Virus record (IMG/VR): IMGVR_UViG_3300020045_004733
Span: 1 to 32,287 of that record
Origin: a virus
Taxonomy: Duplodnaviria; Caudoviricetes
Reading direction: 5' to 3' (one strand)
DNA length: 32,287 nt
A program made the position numbers and the translations under genes. A model generated the notes under the pieces. The model saw only the letters and a program-made list of their open reading frames with translations. It had not been told where the DNA came from and did no database searches. How positions within the stretch are numbered: position 1 is the stretch's first letter; every line of letters begins with the position of its first letter. Positions 1 to 8,109 of the stretch are shown piece by piece.

Positions 1-230
1 AGAACGAAAGAGAGCCAGCGGTAAGACATATCATTGAATTTGAACAAATATTTGATGTCTCTTACGTGGCCTTTGCGGCTTACAACGACACGACGGTGGC
101 TCTTAGGAGTCTTGCCGAGCACAGAAAGAAAACCCCGCCTCCCGGCGGTAATGGTGCGGAGGACAGCAACCGAAACCTAGTCCTCCTGGGCGAAGAGGAC
201 GAAGCATATAAACAAACACTCGGAATTTAA
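1..230 (+). CDS. HK97-family prohead protease, C-terminal part (5' partial)
   Basis: Frame from position 3 reads ...VRHIIEFEQIFDVSYVAFAAYNDTTVALRS..., resembling the catalytic 'dVSxVxxPAY..T' motif. TAA at 228-230, directly upstream of the capsid gene. Not in the ORF track. Confidence 0.8.
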   Translation, partial: NEREPAVRHIIEFEQIFDVSYVAFAAYNDTTVALRSLAEHRKKTPPPGGNGAEDSNRNLVLLGEEDEAYKQTLGI

Positions 231-237
231 GGAGGAC

Positions 238-1620
238 ATGGCAATGAACGAATACCAGAAACGGATGGACGCGGCCTTCAAGAAAATGGAAGAGATCCGC
301 AAGAAGGCAGCGGCGGAAAAGAGGGATCTGACGGACGATGAGCTGACCCAGCGGACCGCTCTCAAGGCGGAAATCGACCTGGCGAAGCGTCAGTGGGATG
401 CTTTTAAGGAAGAGGAGGAGCTTCGTGGCGAGCTTTACGGGACCGGCGGCGGCGCCCTGACGGTGGCCGATGACGCGACGATCACGGCCCCGGATGCCCC
501 GATCTATCGCGGGTCGAACGCGACCGCCCTGGGGCAGCAGCTTGCGGATATCCGCATGATCTCCGATCCGTCGTTTGACGGTCAGGAAGTCAGGAGCGCC
601 AGAAGCCGTCTTGAGCAGAGCCAAAAGCGGTATGCCGAGCGGATGAATTCCCTTGCAGAGAAAGAGCAGCGGGAAAGCAGGGCAGCCGCAACCGGTGGCG
701 CGACGATTGGCGTTCCCTCTGACGGCGGTGTGTTCCTTCAGGGCGAGACGGTGGCCGACCTGATGACCAACGGTTTTAACAACTCCGAAATCCTCCCCCG
801 GATGGCAAAGCGGACCCTTACCGCTACGCAGTTCATCGAGATTATCGGGATCGATGAACAGTCCCGGAAGGATGGCTCCCGCGGCGGTGGGATCAGGGTT
901 TACACGGACAAGGAACTTGGTTCCGTCGATCCTTCCAAGACCCAGTTCAATAAGGTTCGTGTCGAACCCAATAAGTTGACCGGCCTTTTCTATGCCTCCG
1001 AAGAGTGGCAGAAAAACGTCACCTTCATGGGGCAGGAAGTCCGGCAGCTCTTCGGCGAAGAGTTCGCCTTCAAGTGCCAGAACATCGGTGTTCGTGGATC
1101 GGGAGTCGGTGAAGGCCTCGGCGCCCTCAATGCGAATTGCCTCGTGACGGTCCCGAAGGAAACCGGGCAGAAGGCGGGAACGATCCTGTCGAAGAACCTG
1201 TCAAACATGTGGGCGCGGTTCATCGGGAAGAACCCGGCTTGGTTCATCAACCGCGATTGTGGTCCCGAGCTGGATCAGCTTTCAATCGTCGCCGGAACCG
1301 CAGCCTTGGAGCCCCGCTTCGTCACCTACGACGCGCAGGGAATCATGAGAATCAAGGGCGCCCCGGTCATCCCGATCGAGCAGTGCGAAACGGTCGGGAC
1401 AGTCGGCGACATCCTGCTTGCCGATTGGAGCCAGGTGGTCGCGGCCGACAAAGGGGACATCAATGAGGCGATGTCGATTCATGTGAATTTCATCTACGGC
1501 CAGGGGACGTGGCGCTTCACCTACTATTTCGACTGCCGGCCGCGGTGGAAGACAGCAGTGATCCCGTTCAAGGGGTCCAACTCGGTGAGCCCGCTGGTGG
1601 CACTGGCGACCAGGGCGTAA
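238..1620 (+). CDS. major capsid protein, HK97 fold with N-terminal coiled-coil delta domain
   Basis: 460 aa, SD AGGAGG. Charged helical N-terminus (KRDLTDDE), SDGGVFL, G.GxGExLG, G.PV and GDILLADW motifs, and a C-terminal SPLVALATRA. Confidence 0.93.
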   Translation: MAMNEYQKRMDAAFKKMEEIRKKAAAEKRDLTDDELTQRTALKAEIDLAKRQWDAFKEEEELRGELYGTGGGALTVADDATITAPDAPIYRGSNATALGQQLADIRMISDPSFDGQEVRSARSRLEQSQKRYAERMNSLAEKEQRESRAAATGGATIGVPSDGGVFLQGETVADLMTNGFNNSEILPRMAKRTLTATQFIEIIGIDEQSRKDGSRGGGIRVYTDKELGSVDPSKTQFNKVRVEPNKLTGLFYASEEWQKNVTFMGQEVRQLFGEEFAFKCQNIGVRGSGVGEGLGALNANCLVTVPKETGQKAGTILSKNLSNMWARFIGKNPAWFINRDCGPELDQLSIVAGTAALEPRFVTYDAQGIMRIKGAPVIPIEQCETVGTVGDILLADWSQVVAADKGDINEAMSIHVNFIYGQGTWRFTYYFDCRPRWKTAVIPFKGSNSVSPLVALATRA

Positions 1621-1640
1621 ACGATAACCAATAACCGAAG

Positions 1641-1660
1641 GCCGGGGCTTCGGCCCCGGC
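1641..1660 (+). terminator. GC hairpin with cUUCGg tetraloop after the capsid gene (attenuator or mRNA stabiliser)
   Basis: Perfect 8-bp stem GCCGGGGC-TTCG-GCCCCGGC. No U-tract, so termination is uncertain. Confidence 0.55.
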
Positions 1661-1682
1661 ACAGGATAAGGAGGAAATTACA

Positions 1683-2342
1683 ATGTACGGAAAAGATTAT
1701 GTCAAAGTTCCCTTGACCTTTCCGACGGTCGATCAGACGAGCACCGTTTCGTCCGATATTTTCAGCATGAAAAACTTCGGCCATGCGGATCTCTGGATCA
1801 CGGTCGGGGCAATCGGGAAGGCGGCGGCCGTCACGCTGAATAAAAGCGCGGCAGTCGCGGCGGCAACGGTAGCCCTCGCATTCACCAGGTATTACAGCAC
1901 CGGGTTTGTCCTTGAATACGACGGCGCCTCGGTTGATGCACCGGCGGCGAAGGGCGAGACGGTGACAGGTGCCGGTGGCGGCGTCGGGCACGTCCACCAG
2001 GACCTCGGCGGAAAGCTGATCTGTTACGCCTTCAACGGAACCACCTTCGTGGACAATGAAGTCCTGACCTTCTCCGGCGGTAAGACGGCCGTGGCCAATG
2101 GCATCCAGAAAAACGAGGATATCATGGTCCCCCGGACGGCCGCGAGCAACACCTTTGACATCGCCGCCGTGGCAAACAAGCAGTATTGCATCCCTCTGGA
2201 AGGCTCCGACCTTGGAGACGGGTACGACTGCGCGCAGGTGGAAATTGCTGATTGCGACACGGCGACGCACCTTGCCATTGATGCGATCCTCAGCAAGGCC
2301 CATTACAGCGCAGAGATTCCCGAAACGGCGATTTACGACTAA
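1683..2342 (+). CDS. putative capsid cement/decoration protein
   Basis: 219 aa, SD AGGAGG, immediately after the capsid gene. Beta-rich Ala/Thr/Val/Gly composition, no signal peptide. Confidence 0.55.
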   Translation: MYGKDYVKVPLTFPTVDQTSTVSSDIFSMKNFGHADLWITVGAIGKAAAVTLNKSAAVAAATVALAFTRYYSTGFVLEYDGASVDAPAAKGETVTGAGGGVGHVHQDLGGKLICYAFNGTTFVDNEVLTFSGGKTAVANGIQKNEDIMVPRTAASNTFDIAAVANKQYCIPLEGSDLGDGYDCAQVEIADCDTATHLAIDAILSKAHYSAEIPETAIYD

Positions 2343-2400
2343 ACCCCTCCGGCGGGCGGCGCTTCTGCGGGCCGCCCATCATGAGGAAAAGGAGGATATC

Positions 2401-3066
2401 ATGAAAAGATTGTTTTTGATCGCCGTCATTATGATCGGGATTCTCATTCCCGGCCTTGGCTCGGCGTCTGAATTGAACAACGTCACGGCAAAAGGGGTTG
2501 ACGGGGATCTCGTTTTCTACGGGTCGGCCGGCACGGAGGTTTTTAGCATCGAGGCCGCGAATCGTCTCGTATCGTACCCTTCCGGGAGCGCTGTTGACAT
2601 TGAATCCGGCGCGTCCCTGAAACTGGCCGGAACTGCGATCACCGCCACCGCCGCCGAAATCAACCTTGCGGCTGATAACTCGGCAAACGTCGAAACCGTT
2701 ATTACCACCAACGTCATCACCGCGGCCGAAAGTGGGAAAACCTTCTTCCTCGATCTCGCTGGCGGGTTTGTTTCGACCCTTCCGGCTCCGGCCGCAGGGC
2801 TCCGGTTTACCTTCATCGTCAAGACGGCCCCGACGACCGGCAGCTATACGGTTGTCACGAACGGCACGACTCAGAAGGTTATGAAGGGTCTTGCCGTGAT
2901 CGCTGCTGATGCGGTCGGCGATGTTTCCGCCGGTGGAACCACCATCACCTTTGTTGCAAACAACGCTCTTCCCGGTGATCGCGCTGATGTGATCTGTGAC
3001 GGCACGATCTGGTACATGATCGGCTACGCTCAGGTCACGGCTGGTCTGACGATTACCGGCGAATAA
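2401..3066 (+). CDS. head-fibre/decoration-like protein with Sec signal peptide
   Basis: Start reassigned to ATG 2401 (SD AGGAGG). Leader MKRLFLIAVIMIGILIPGLGSA. Fibre-like motifs GTAITATAAEINL and TLPAPAAGLRFTF. Confidence 0.7.
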   Translation: MKRLFLIAVIMIGILIPGLGSASELNNVTAKGVDGDLVFYGSAGTEVFSIEAANRLVSYPSGSAVDIESGASLKLAGTAITATAAEINLAADNSANVETVITTNVITAAESGKTFFLDLAGGFVSTLPAPAAGLRFTFIVKTAPTTGSYTVVTNGTTQKVMKGLAVIAADAVGDVSAGGTTITFVANNALPGDRADVICDGTIWYMIGYAQVTAGLTITGE

Positions 3067-3127
3067 TTAACCCCTCCCCGGCGTGGCCGGTCCCAACGAC
3101 GGCCCGCCTTAACATGAGGATCGAATA

Positions 3128-3616
3128 ATGAAACGAATAATCTTTACCATCGCCCTGGCCCTGGCGCTTCTTCCATCCTCATTGTGGGCCGCAGCAGCTC
3201 CCGGAACATGTACGCAGGCCTTTTCCGAGGTCTACAGCGCCAGTGGTCCTACTCAGCTCGCCACCCTGACCTTCACCTGCACCGCTTCGGCGGATGATGC
3301 CTCTTTCCCCTCAACGGCAACATCCTCGACCATCACGGATCAGATTGCGGGCAGGAAAATCCTTGAAGTCCGCACCAACCCCGGTGCCACCGCCCCCCAA
3401 GCCCTCTACGACATCGTCCTGAACGACTCGGACGGGATCGACCTTATGGGCGGGACTCTGGCGGATCGGAGCGCGACAGCATCACAGCGGGCAATCCCCG
3501 CCCTTGCAACCGGAATCTACGGAGGGTCAGCAATCACCGGGGCCTTGACTCTGGCGATCACCAACAACAACGTCAACTCTGCCGTGACTGTGATCACGGT
3601 CATCTTGTCGAGGTAA
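3128..3616 (+). CDS. exported beta-rich protein with Sec signal peptide
   Basis: Leader MKRIIFTIALALALLPSSLWA. Thr/Ala-rich with two Cys. SD GAGGA. Confidence 0.7.
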   Translation: MKRIIFTIALALALLPSSLWAAAAPGTCTQAFSEVYSASGPTQLATLTFTCTASADDASFPSTATSSTITDQIAGRKILEVRTNPGATAPQALYDIVLNDSDGIDLMGGTLADRSATASQRAIPALATGIYGGSAITGALTLAITNNNVNSAVTVITVILSR

Positions 3617-3622
3617 GCGGCC

Positions 3623-4252
3623 ATGAAAAGGATCATACTTGCAATCTTCATTGTGCTGCTTTCCTCGACCGTGGCCGGTGCTCAGTTCTATTATGCGGGT
3701 GGCGGCGGTTCCACGACCGTCATCGACGCCCTAACATCCACCAGTACGACATCGGCCCTGAGCGCGAATCAGGGGAAGGTTTTGAAGGACTTGCATGATG
3801 GGCAGGCGGTGGATAACTATGACTCTGGCGGGGCGGGTGTGGTCTGTAAGGATGGGTCATACAACATCATCAAGTGTACGTCTATCGCCATCACCGGAAC
3901 CATTCAGGGCGGTGTCCTTGTTTCCTCCTACGCAAACGGCATGAGCGCGGCAGAAATGACCGCTGCTGGAGTCTATGGCACTCTGTTCATCGCCACGGGA
4001 GCAGGAACATGGACTCTTCCGGACGCGGCAGGGGGTGAAAGCCTTTGCCTTATGAGCAGTGGTGCGGCGGCTGATCTTATCCTTGACGTAACGGCAGGGT
4101 CAACCATTCGCCTCAAGGGAACAGAGCAGGCCGACGGTGTAGGCATCACTCAGGCGGCGGCAAAAGCAGCGGGTGATTTCGTCTGCGTCGTGGCTGTGGC
4201 TGCTCATAAATGGTCAACAATGGGCATCGGCGGAACGTGGGTTAGTCAATAA
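3623..4252 (+). CDS. fibre-like protein with Sec signal peptide
   Basis: Leader MKRIILAIFIVLLSSTVAGA. Phage fibre repeat DALTSTSTTSALSANQGKVLK. C-terminal TLPDAAGG domain resembles that of 2401..3066. Confidence 0.7.
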   Translation: MKRIILAIFIVLLSSTVAGAQFYYAGGGGSTTVIDALTSTSTTSALSANQGKVLKDLHDGQAVDNYDSGGAGVVCKDGSYNIIKCTSIAITGTIQGGVLVSSYANGMSAAEMTAAGVYGTLFIATGAGTWTLPDAAGGESLCLMSSGAAADLILDVTAGSTIRLKGTEQADGVGITQAAAKAAGDFVCVVAVAAHKWSTMGIGGTWVSQ

Positions 4253-4262
4253 CAGGAGGCGT

Positions 4263-4487
4263 ATGAAAAAGCTATTTTTATCACTCATTCTCTTACTGGT
4301 TTCCTCTCCGCTCTATGCCGCTGGTCCTGCGATGATGGTGGGGGCGGGAGCATGGAAGGATGATTCCGACGCAGACGCAGTTACCGCCATGAGTACGGAA
4401 CCTACAGTTGTATATTTCGGCTTCAACACGGTCACGGACGACGTATATATTGACGATGTGTTTATCTACTCTACGAGGGGGATATAA
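4263..4487 (+). CDS. small exported protein (74 aa), possibly internally deleted
   Basis: ATG 4263 with SD AGGAGG. Leader MKKLFLSLILLLVSSPLYA. Ends in LamG-like YIDDVFIY. Confidence 0.6.
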   Translation: MKKLFLSLILLLVSSPLYAAGPAMMVGAGAWKDDSDADAVTAMSTEPTVVYFGFNTVTDDVYIDDVFIYSTRGI

Positions 4488-4488
4488 C

Positions 4489-5934
4489 ATGAAAAAATAC
4501 TTGGCTTACGTTCCGATCCTTCTCGCTGTCCTCTGCGCGGTTGACGGCTTTGCCGCTTCCTTCAACGTGGCCGACTACGGCGACGGGATATGCACGAAGG
4601 CAAACTTTGAATCCGCCTACGCTGCGGCATCTGCGAATGATACCATAGTGTTCCCGTTAAGCGGAACTTGCACATGGACGGACTCAACGACAATCAGCAA
4701 ATCCCTGACAATTAATGGAAACGGAACAACCCTGACGGCGGGGAACCATCTGCATAACGGGTTTTTCTATATCACGAACTTCATCAGTACGGATATGATG
4801 CGGATCACCGGATTTGTGCTTAATGGAGTTGACCATACTGCGGAGGGGCATGGGATCAGAATAGGCAATACAATCGACCTAACGAAACTAAGGATTGACC
4901 ATAACACCTTCCATTTCTTCTATGAGGCGATTGACGTAGGCGGATCATTCGGCGTGATAGATAACAATCATTTTTACAATTCTCTCAAGGGGATTGCGTT
5001 TACAGCGGGAAGCACAGCACAGGCGGCTGCTTCGTGGGTTTCAATGGCGGCGGGAACCGCGAACGCATTGTTCATTGAGGATAACCACTTTATTGACGAT
5101 GCGAATTATCCAACTATCTACTGCCAGGAAAAGATAGGGACAGACAACGGTGGGAAAATAGTCGTTAGGTATAACGAGTTTGATTTCGATAATATTCCCG
5201 CTGCCACAAACCCTACCAATGGTACATCACAACCGTTCATGGCCCACGGAAGCGCGGCTGGCGGCGTAGCAAATGGCTATTGGCAAATAGGGACAGGAGC
5301 AAGGCGGGGGCAGTCAGTTATTGAGTTTTACGAAAACACGATGCACGCCGGAGGGAAAAAGATAAGTTATCTATATGTCTCTCGCGGCGGTGCGAACCTT
5401 GTTTATAACAACCATATTACAGGAACAGTCGCAAATGCCCCGCGTGTCTATTTTTACGAAGAAGAAACATATGTAACGTCAAACTGGCCCGTTTCCCGCT
5501 CCGCATGGCCTGCTGAGGATCAAGTTCACAATTCATTTATTTGGGGGAACACCTACAACGGGAGTGCGTATTTTAACCAATCTTCTCATGTGACATTGGG
5601 GCCGCAAAATTCTTATTGCACAGAGGCAGGCTTTATGGGTGCAACCGTAGCCTCATGTTGTACCGGAGCGGGGACGGGTAACTGTAATATAATCACAGAG
5701 AATCAGGAATACTTCCTCCACGCTCCAGCAGCAACCGGAGGTAAGGCATCATTCACCGGATTAAACGGAGGATCAGCGACGGCTCCAACTGACGGAACGA
5801 CATATCCGACGCTCGGAAATATGACGTTTTCAGAGGAGGGGCCAAACGCTTATTACGACTACACCCCATACCAGTACCCTCATCCATTACGAGGAATAAT
5901 AAAACGCGCACCATGGCGTATAGCGACACCATAG
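4489..5934 (+). CDS. exported right-handed beta-helix (pectin-lyase-like) protein, putative polysaccharide binding/depolymerase
   Basis: ATG 4489 with SD GAGGGG. Leader MKKYLAYVPILLAVLCAVDGFA. Asn-ladder repeats IDHNTF, IDNNHF, IEDNHF, VRYNEF, FYENTM, VYNNHI. C-terminal YTPYQYPHPL. Visibly more AT-rich than its flanks. Confidence 0.75.
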   Translation: MKKYLAYVPILLAVLCAVDGFAASFNVADYGDGICTKANFESAYAAASANDTIVFPLSGTCTWTDSTTISKSLTINGNGTTLTAGNHLHNGFFYITNFISTDMMRITGFVLNGVDHTAEGHGIRIGNTIDLTKLRIDHNTFHFFYEAIDVGGSFGVIDNNHFYNSLKGIAFTAGSTAQAAASWVSMAAGTANALFIEDNHFIDDANYPTIYCQEKIGTDNGGKIVVRYNEFDFDNIPAATNPTNGTSQPFMAHGSAAGGVANGYWQIGTGARRGQSVIEFYENTMHAGGKKISYLYVSRGGANLVYNNHITGTVANAPRVYFYEEETYVTSNWPVSRSAWPAEDQVHNSFIWGNTYNGSAYFNQSSHVTLGPQNSYCTEAGFMGATVASCCTGAGTGNCNIITENQEYFLHAPAATGGKASFTGLNGGSATAPTDGTTYPTLGNMTFSEEGPNAYYDYTPYQYPHPLRGIIKRAPWRIATP

Positions 5935-5964
5935 CAGCGGGAATAATAACAGGAGGCTGGGCCA

Positions 5965-6210
5965 ATGGACGGACGAACATTATCAGACGCAGACATAGAA
6001 GCGATCAGCGAGGCGGTAGCTGTGCGTCTCCCGGTGTGTTCGCTCGGTCTCAGTCCTGAGGATGCCACGATCATCAAGAACCATCTCGGGCTCTACAAGC
6101 GGGCGTGCAGCATCATCGGGAATGTCATTTTAACTGCGATTGCTCTTGTGCTGGTTGCAGTTGTCACGAAGGGGATATGGGCATCGTTGATTGAAGGGGT
6201 AAAAAAATAA
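5965..6210 (+). CDS. single-TM membrane protein, holin/antiholin candidate
   Basis: Hydrophobic IIGNVILTAIALVLVAVV and basic C-terminus. Abuts the endolysin gene. Confidence 0.55.
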   Translation: MDGRTLSDADIEAISEAVAVRLPVCSLGLSPEDATIIKNHLGLYKRACSIIGNVILTAIALVLVAVVTKGIWASLIEGVKK

Positions 6211-6654
6211 ATGAACGTCCGCGACCTCATAAAGCAGCATGAAGGCTACTCATCGACGGTCTATAAATGCCCGGCAGGGAAGCGCACTATCGGATGGGGC
6301 CATAACATCGAAACCCGCCCACTTCCCGCGGATATAGCAGGGCGGCTACACGCCAACGGGGTTATCCTCCCGGATGACGCTGAACGGATCCTTTCTGATG
6401 ACATCGCAACGGCGGTGCAGGACTGTCAACGGGTCTATTTCGGGTTCGATCAATTCAGCGAGGCGAGAAAGTCGGCTTTGACGGATTTCATGTTTAACGC
6501 GGGGATGACGACAGCGTTGAAGTTCGTGAACATGCGGAAGGCGATCATCGACGGCGACTGGAACCGGGCGGCGGATGAGATGTATTTCAGCCGATGGTTT
6601 GAACAGGTCGGAGACAGGGCCGAAGCGATCATCGGCATGGTGAGGCAGGGATGA
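6211..6654 (+). CDS. endolysin, GH24 (T4-like) lysozyme
   Basis: HEGYSSTVYKCPAGKRTIGWGH gives an E-x8-C-x5-T triad. Also DFMFNAG and AADEMYFSRWFEQVGDRA. Confidence 0.92.
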   Translation: MNVRDLIKQHEGYSSTVYKCPAGKRTIGWGHNIETRPLPADIAGRLHANGVILPDDAERILSDDIATAVQDCQRVYFGFDQFSEARKSALTDFMFNAGMTTALKFVNMRKAIIDGDWNRAADEMYFSRWFEQVGDRAEAIIGMVRQG

Positions 6655-6920
6655 AAACGACACAGGGCAGACGAATCTATCCAGACGCTGACGGCCACAT
6701 TCCAGGAATGGAGCCGGGAGACTATTTGCCATGGAAGGGGCAGTGGCTTCTTTGCCTGCCCACGGGAATCAGAGGAACCGTAAACGATAAGATTTGGAAG
6801 ATCACAGAGCATGAGGACGGGACCATAACCGCTTCGCCTTCTATCCTGACGACAAGCAAAGAATCCCCGGAACTGAACTGGCATGGGTATCTCGAAAAAG
6901 GAGTTTGGAGGGAGTGTTGA
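6651..6920 (+). CDS. hypothetical protein, DUF6527-like
   Basis: W..TEHEDGTITASPSIL...WHGYLEKGVW pattern. Translationally coupled (ATGA). Confidence 0.55.
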   Translation: MKTTQGRRIYPDADGHIPGMEPGDYLPWKGQWLLCLPTGIRGTVNDKIWKITEHEDGTITASPSILTTSKESPELNWHGYLEKGVWREC

Positions 6921-7129
6921 TGTATTGTGGATACTGCGGAAGCAACCTTCATACGATTACGAATTGCCCAAAGACGGCCAGCGGACAGGCGAACAGGCAC
7001 CTCCTTCGATGCACTTATTGCGGATCGCGTGAACACGATATTCAGGCGTGCCCGAAAACATGGGGCGGAAATGCAGCGAGGGCGTGGCACCATGAGACGG
7101 TAAAAGACCATTTTGTAAAGGATCGATGA
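6920..7129 (+). CDS. tandem CCHC zinc-knuckle protein (69 aa)
   Basis: ATG 6920 overlaps the upstream TGA. CGYCGSNLHTITNC and CTYCGSREHDIQAC are both exact CX2CX4HX4C. Confidence 0.8.
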   Translation: MYCGYCGSNLHTITNCPKTASGQANRHLLRCTYCGSREHDIQACPKTWGGNAARAWHHETVKDHFVKDR

Positions 7130-7362
7130 TGGGGAAATATGTTGATGTCCCGATAGATGCAGCAAAGCGGATCGCTGATGAATTTGGCAAGGATCAAGTC
7201 ATTATTGTTTGCTGGGATAAGATCCACGGAAGAACCCACGTCACGACCTACGGAAAGACCGTTGAAGAATGCGAACAGGCGGCAAAGGGCGGGAACTTTG
7301 TCAAGAAGGCGCTCGGATGGCCGGATAAAATGTGCCATGCCCAACCGGAGCGGAAGGCATGA
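7126..7362 (+). CDS. hypothetical protein
   Basis: 78 aa, ATGA-coupled at both ends, globular composition. Confidence 0.7.
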   Translation: MMGKYVDVPIDAAKRIADEFGKDQVIIVCWDKIHGRTHVTTYGKTVEECEQAAKGGNFVKKALGWPDKMCHAQPERKA

Positions 7363-7439
7363 AAACCGCACTGGTCGGCAAAATGAAACAGAAGGCCCTC
7401 ATCAAGAGGGCGAAACGGCGGAAGGGGAAGAGGAAATGA
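7359..7439 (+). CDS. 26-aa highly basic peptide
   Basis: MKTALVGKMKQKALIKRAKRRKGKRK. ATGA overlaps at both ends exactly bridge its neighbours. Not in the ORF track. Confidence 0.5.
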   Translation: MKTALVGKMKQKALIKRAKRRKGKRK

Positions 7440-7942
7440 AAGATCTGACCGCATATGAATCAGTCAAGGATGCCATGAAGACCGGCGACCTCCTGCAATG
7501 GCGGTCAAATTCCCTCATTGGCTCCCTGATCCGGTGGAGAACGAAGTCGAACGTCAACCACTCGTCTCTGGTCCTTCGGCTCTCTGAATACGAAGGCCTT
7601 GAGCGGCGGCGGTTCACTACCGAGGCTCTTGAACATGGAACGGTCCTGAACTACCTTTCCCGGCGCCTTGAGCAGTTCGACGGCGAGGTGTGGTGGTATC
7701 CCCTCAAGGACGAATGGAACGAGAAGCGGCAGGCCGTCGGTGAGTGCGCCCTATCTCTGATCGGCATCCCCTACGACTATCAGAGCATCATGCACCAGAT
7801 TTTCGGCAAGGTTTCGGCGGATGCGCGGTCCCTGTTTTGCTCGGAATACTGTTTCATCTGCTACGGGATGGACGGAAAGGCCCCGACGCCGGCCGACATG
7901 CCTGAACTGGGGATCTACAAGGAAGGGGTGAAAATATTATGA
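7436..7942 (+). CDS. permuted papain-like NlpC/P60 amidase (YiiX/YaeF-like)
   Basis: Start reassigned to ATG 7436. KTGDLL, NHSSLV (His), GIPYD and LFCSE (Cys) occur in permuted order. Confidence 0.85.
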   Translation: MKDLTAYESVKDAMKTGDLLQWRSNSLIGSLIRWRTKSNVNHSSLVLRLSEYEGLERRRFTTEALEHGTVLNYLSRRLEQFDGEVWWYPLKDEWNEKRQAVGECALSLIGIPYDYQSIMHQIFGKVSADARSLFCSEYCFICYGMDGKAPTPADMPELGIYKEGVKIL

Positions 7943-8109
7943 TCGACACGAACCAATTCCTTCTTGATTTCATCGGCTCCAACTGGATGGCCCTGATTAT
8001 CGTTTATGGGGTGTTCCGGGCCATGTTCCCCAACTCGAAGATATTGACGGCCCTCGGTGAAGGGTTCTCCGGGTTGTTTCCGCAGCTCAGAAAGAAGGAT
8101 CAGCCATGA
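7939..8109 (+). CDS. small membrane protein (56 aa), second holin candidate
   Basis: MIDTNQFLLDFIGSNWMALIIVYGVFRAMFPNSKILTALGEGFSGLFPQLRKKDQP. ATGA-coupled on both sides. Not in the ORF track. Confidence 0.55.
   Translation: MIDTNQFLLDFIGSNWMALIIVYGVFRAMFPNSKILTALGEGFSGLFPQLRKKDQP

Noticed and set aside
2098-7435. Upstream-extended starts in the ORF track (2098, 4173, 4408, 7157)
   Set aside because: They overlap neighbouring genes. The downstream ATGs have SDs and expose signal peptides or domain starts.
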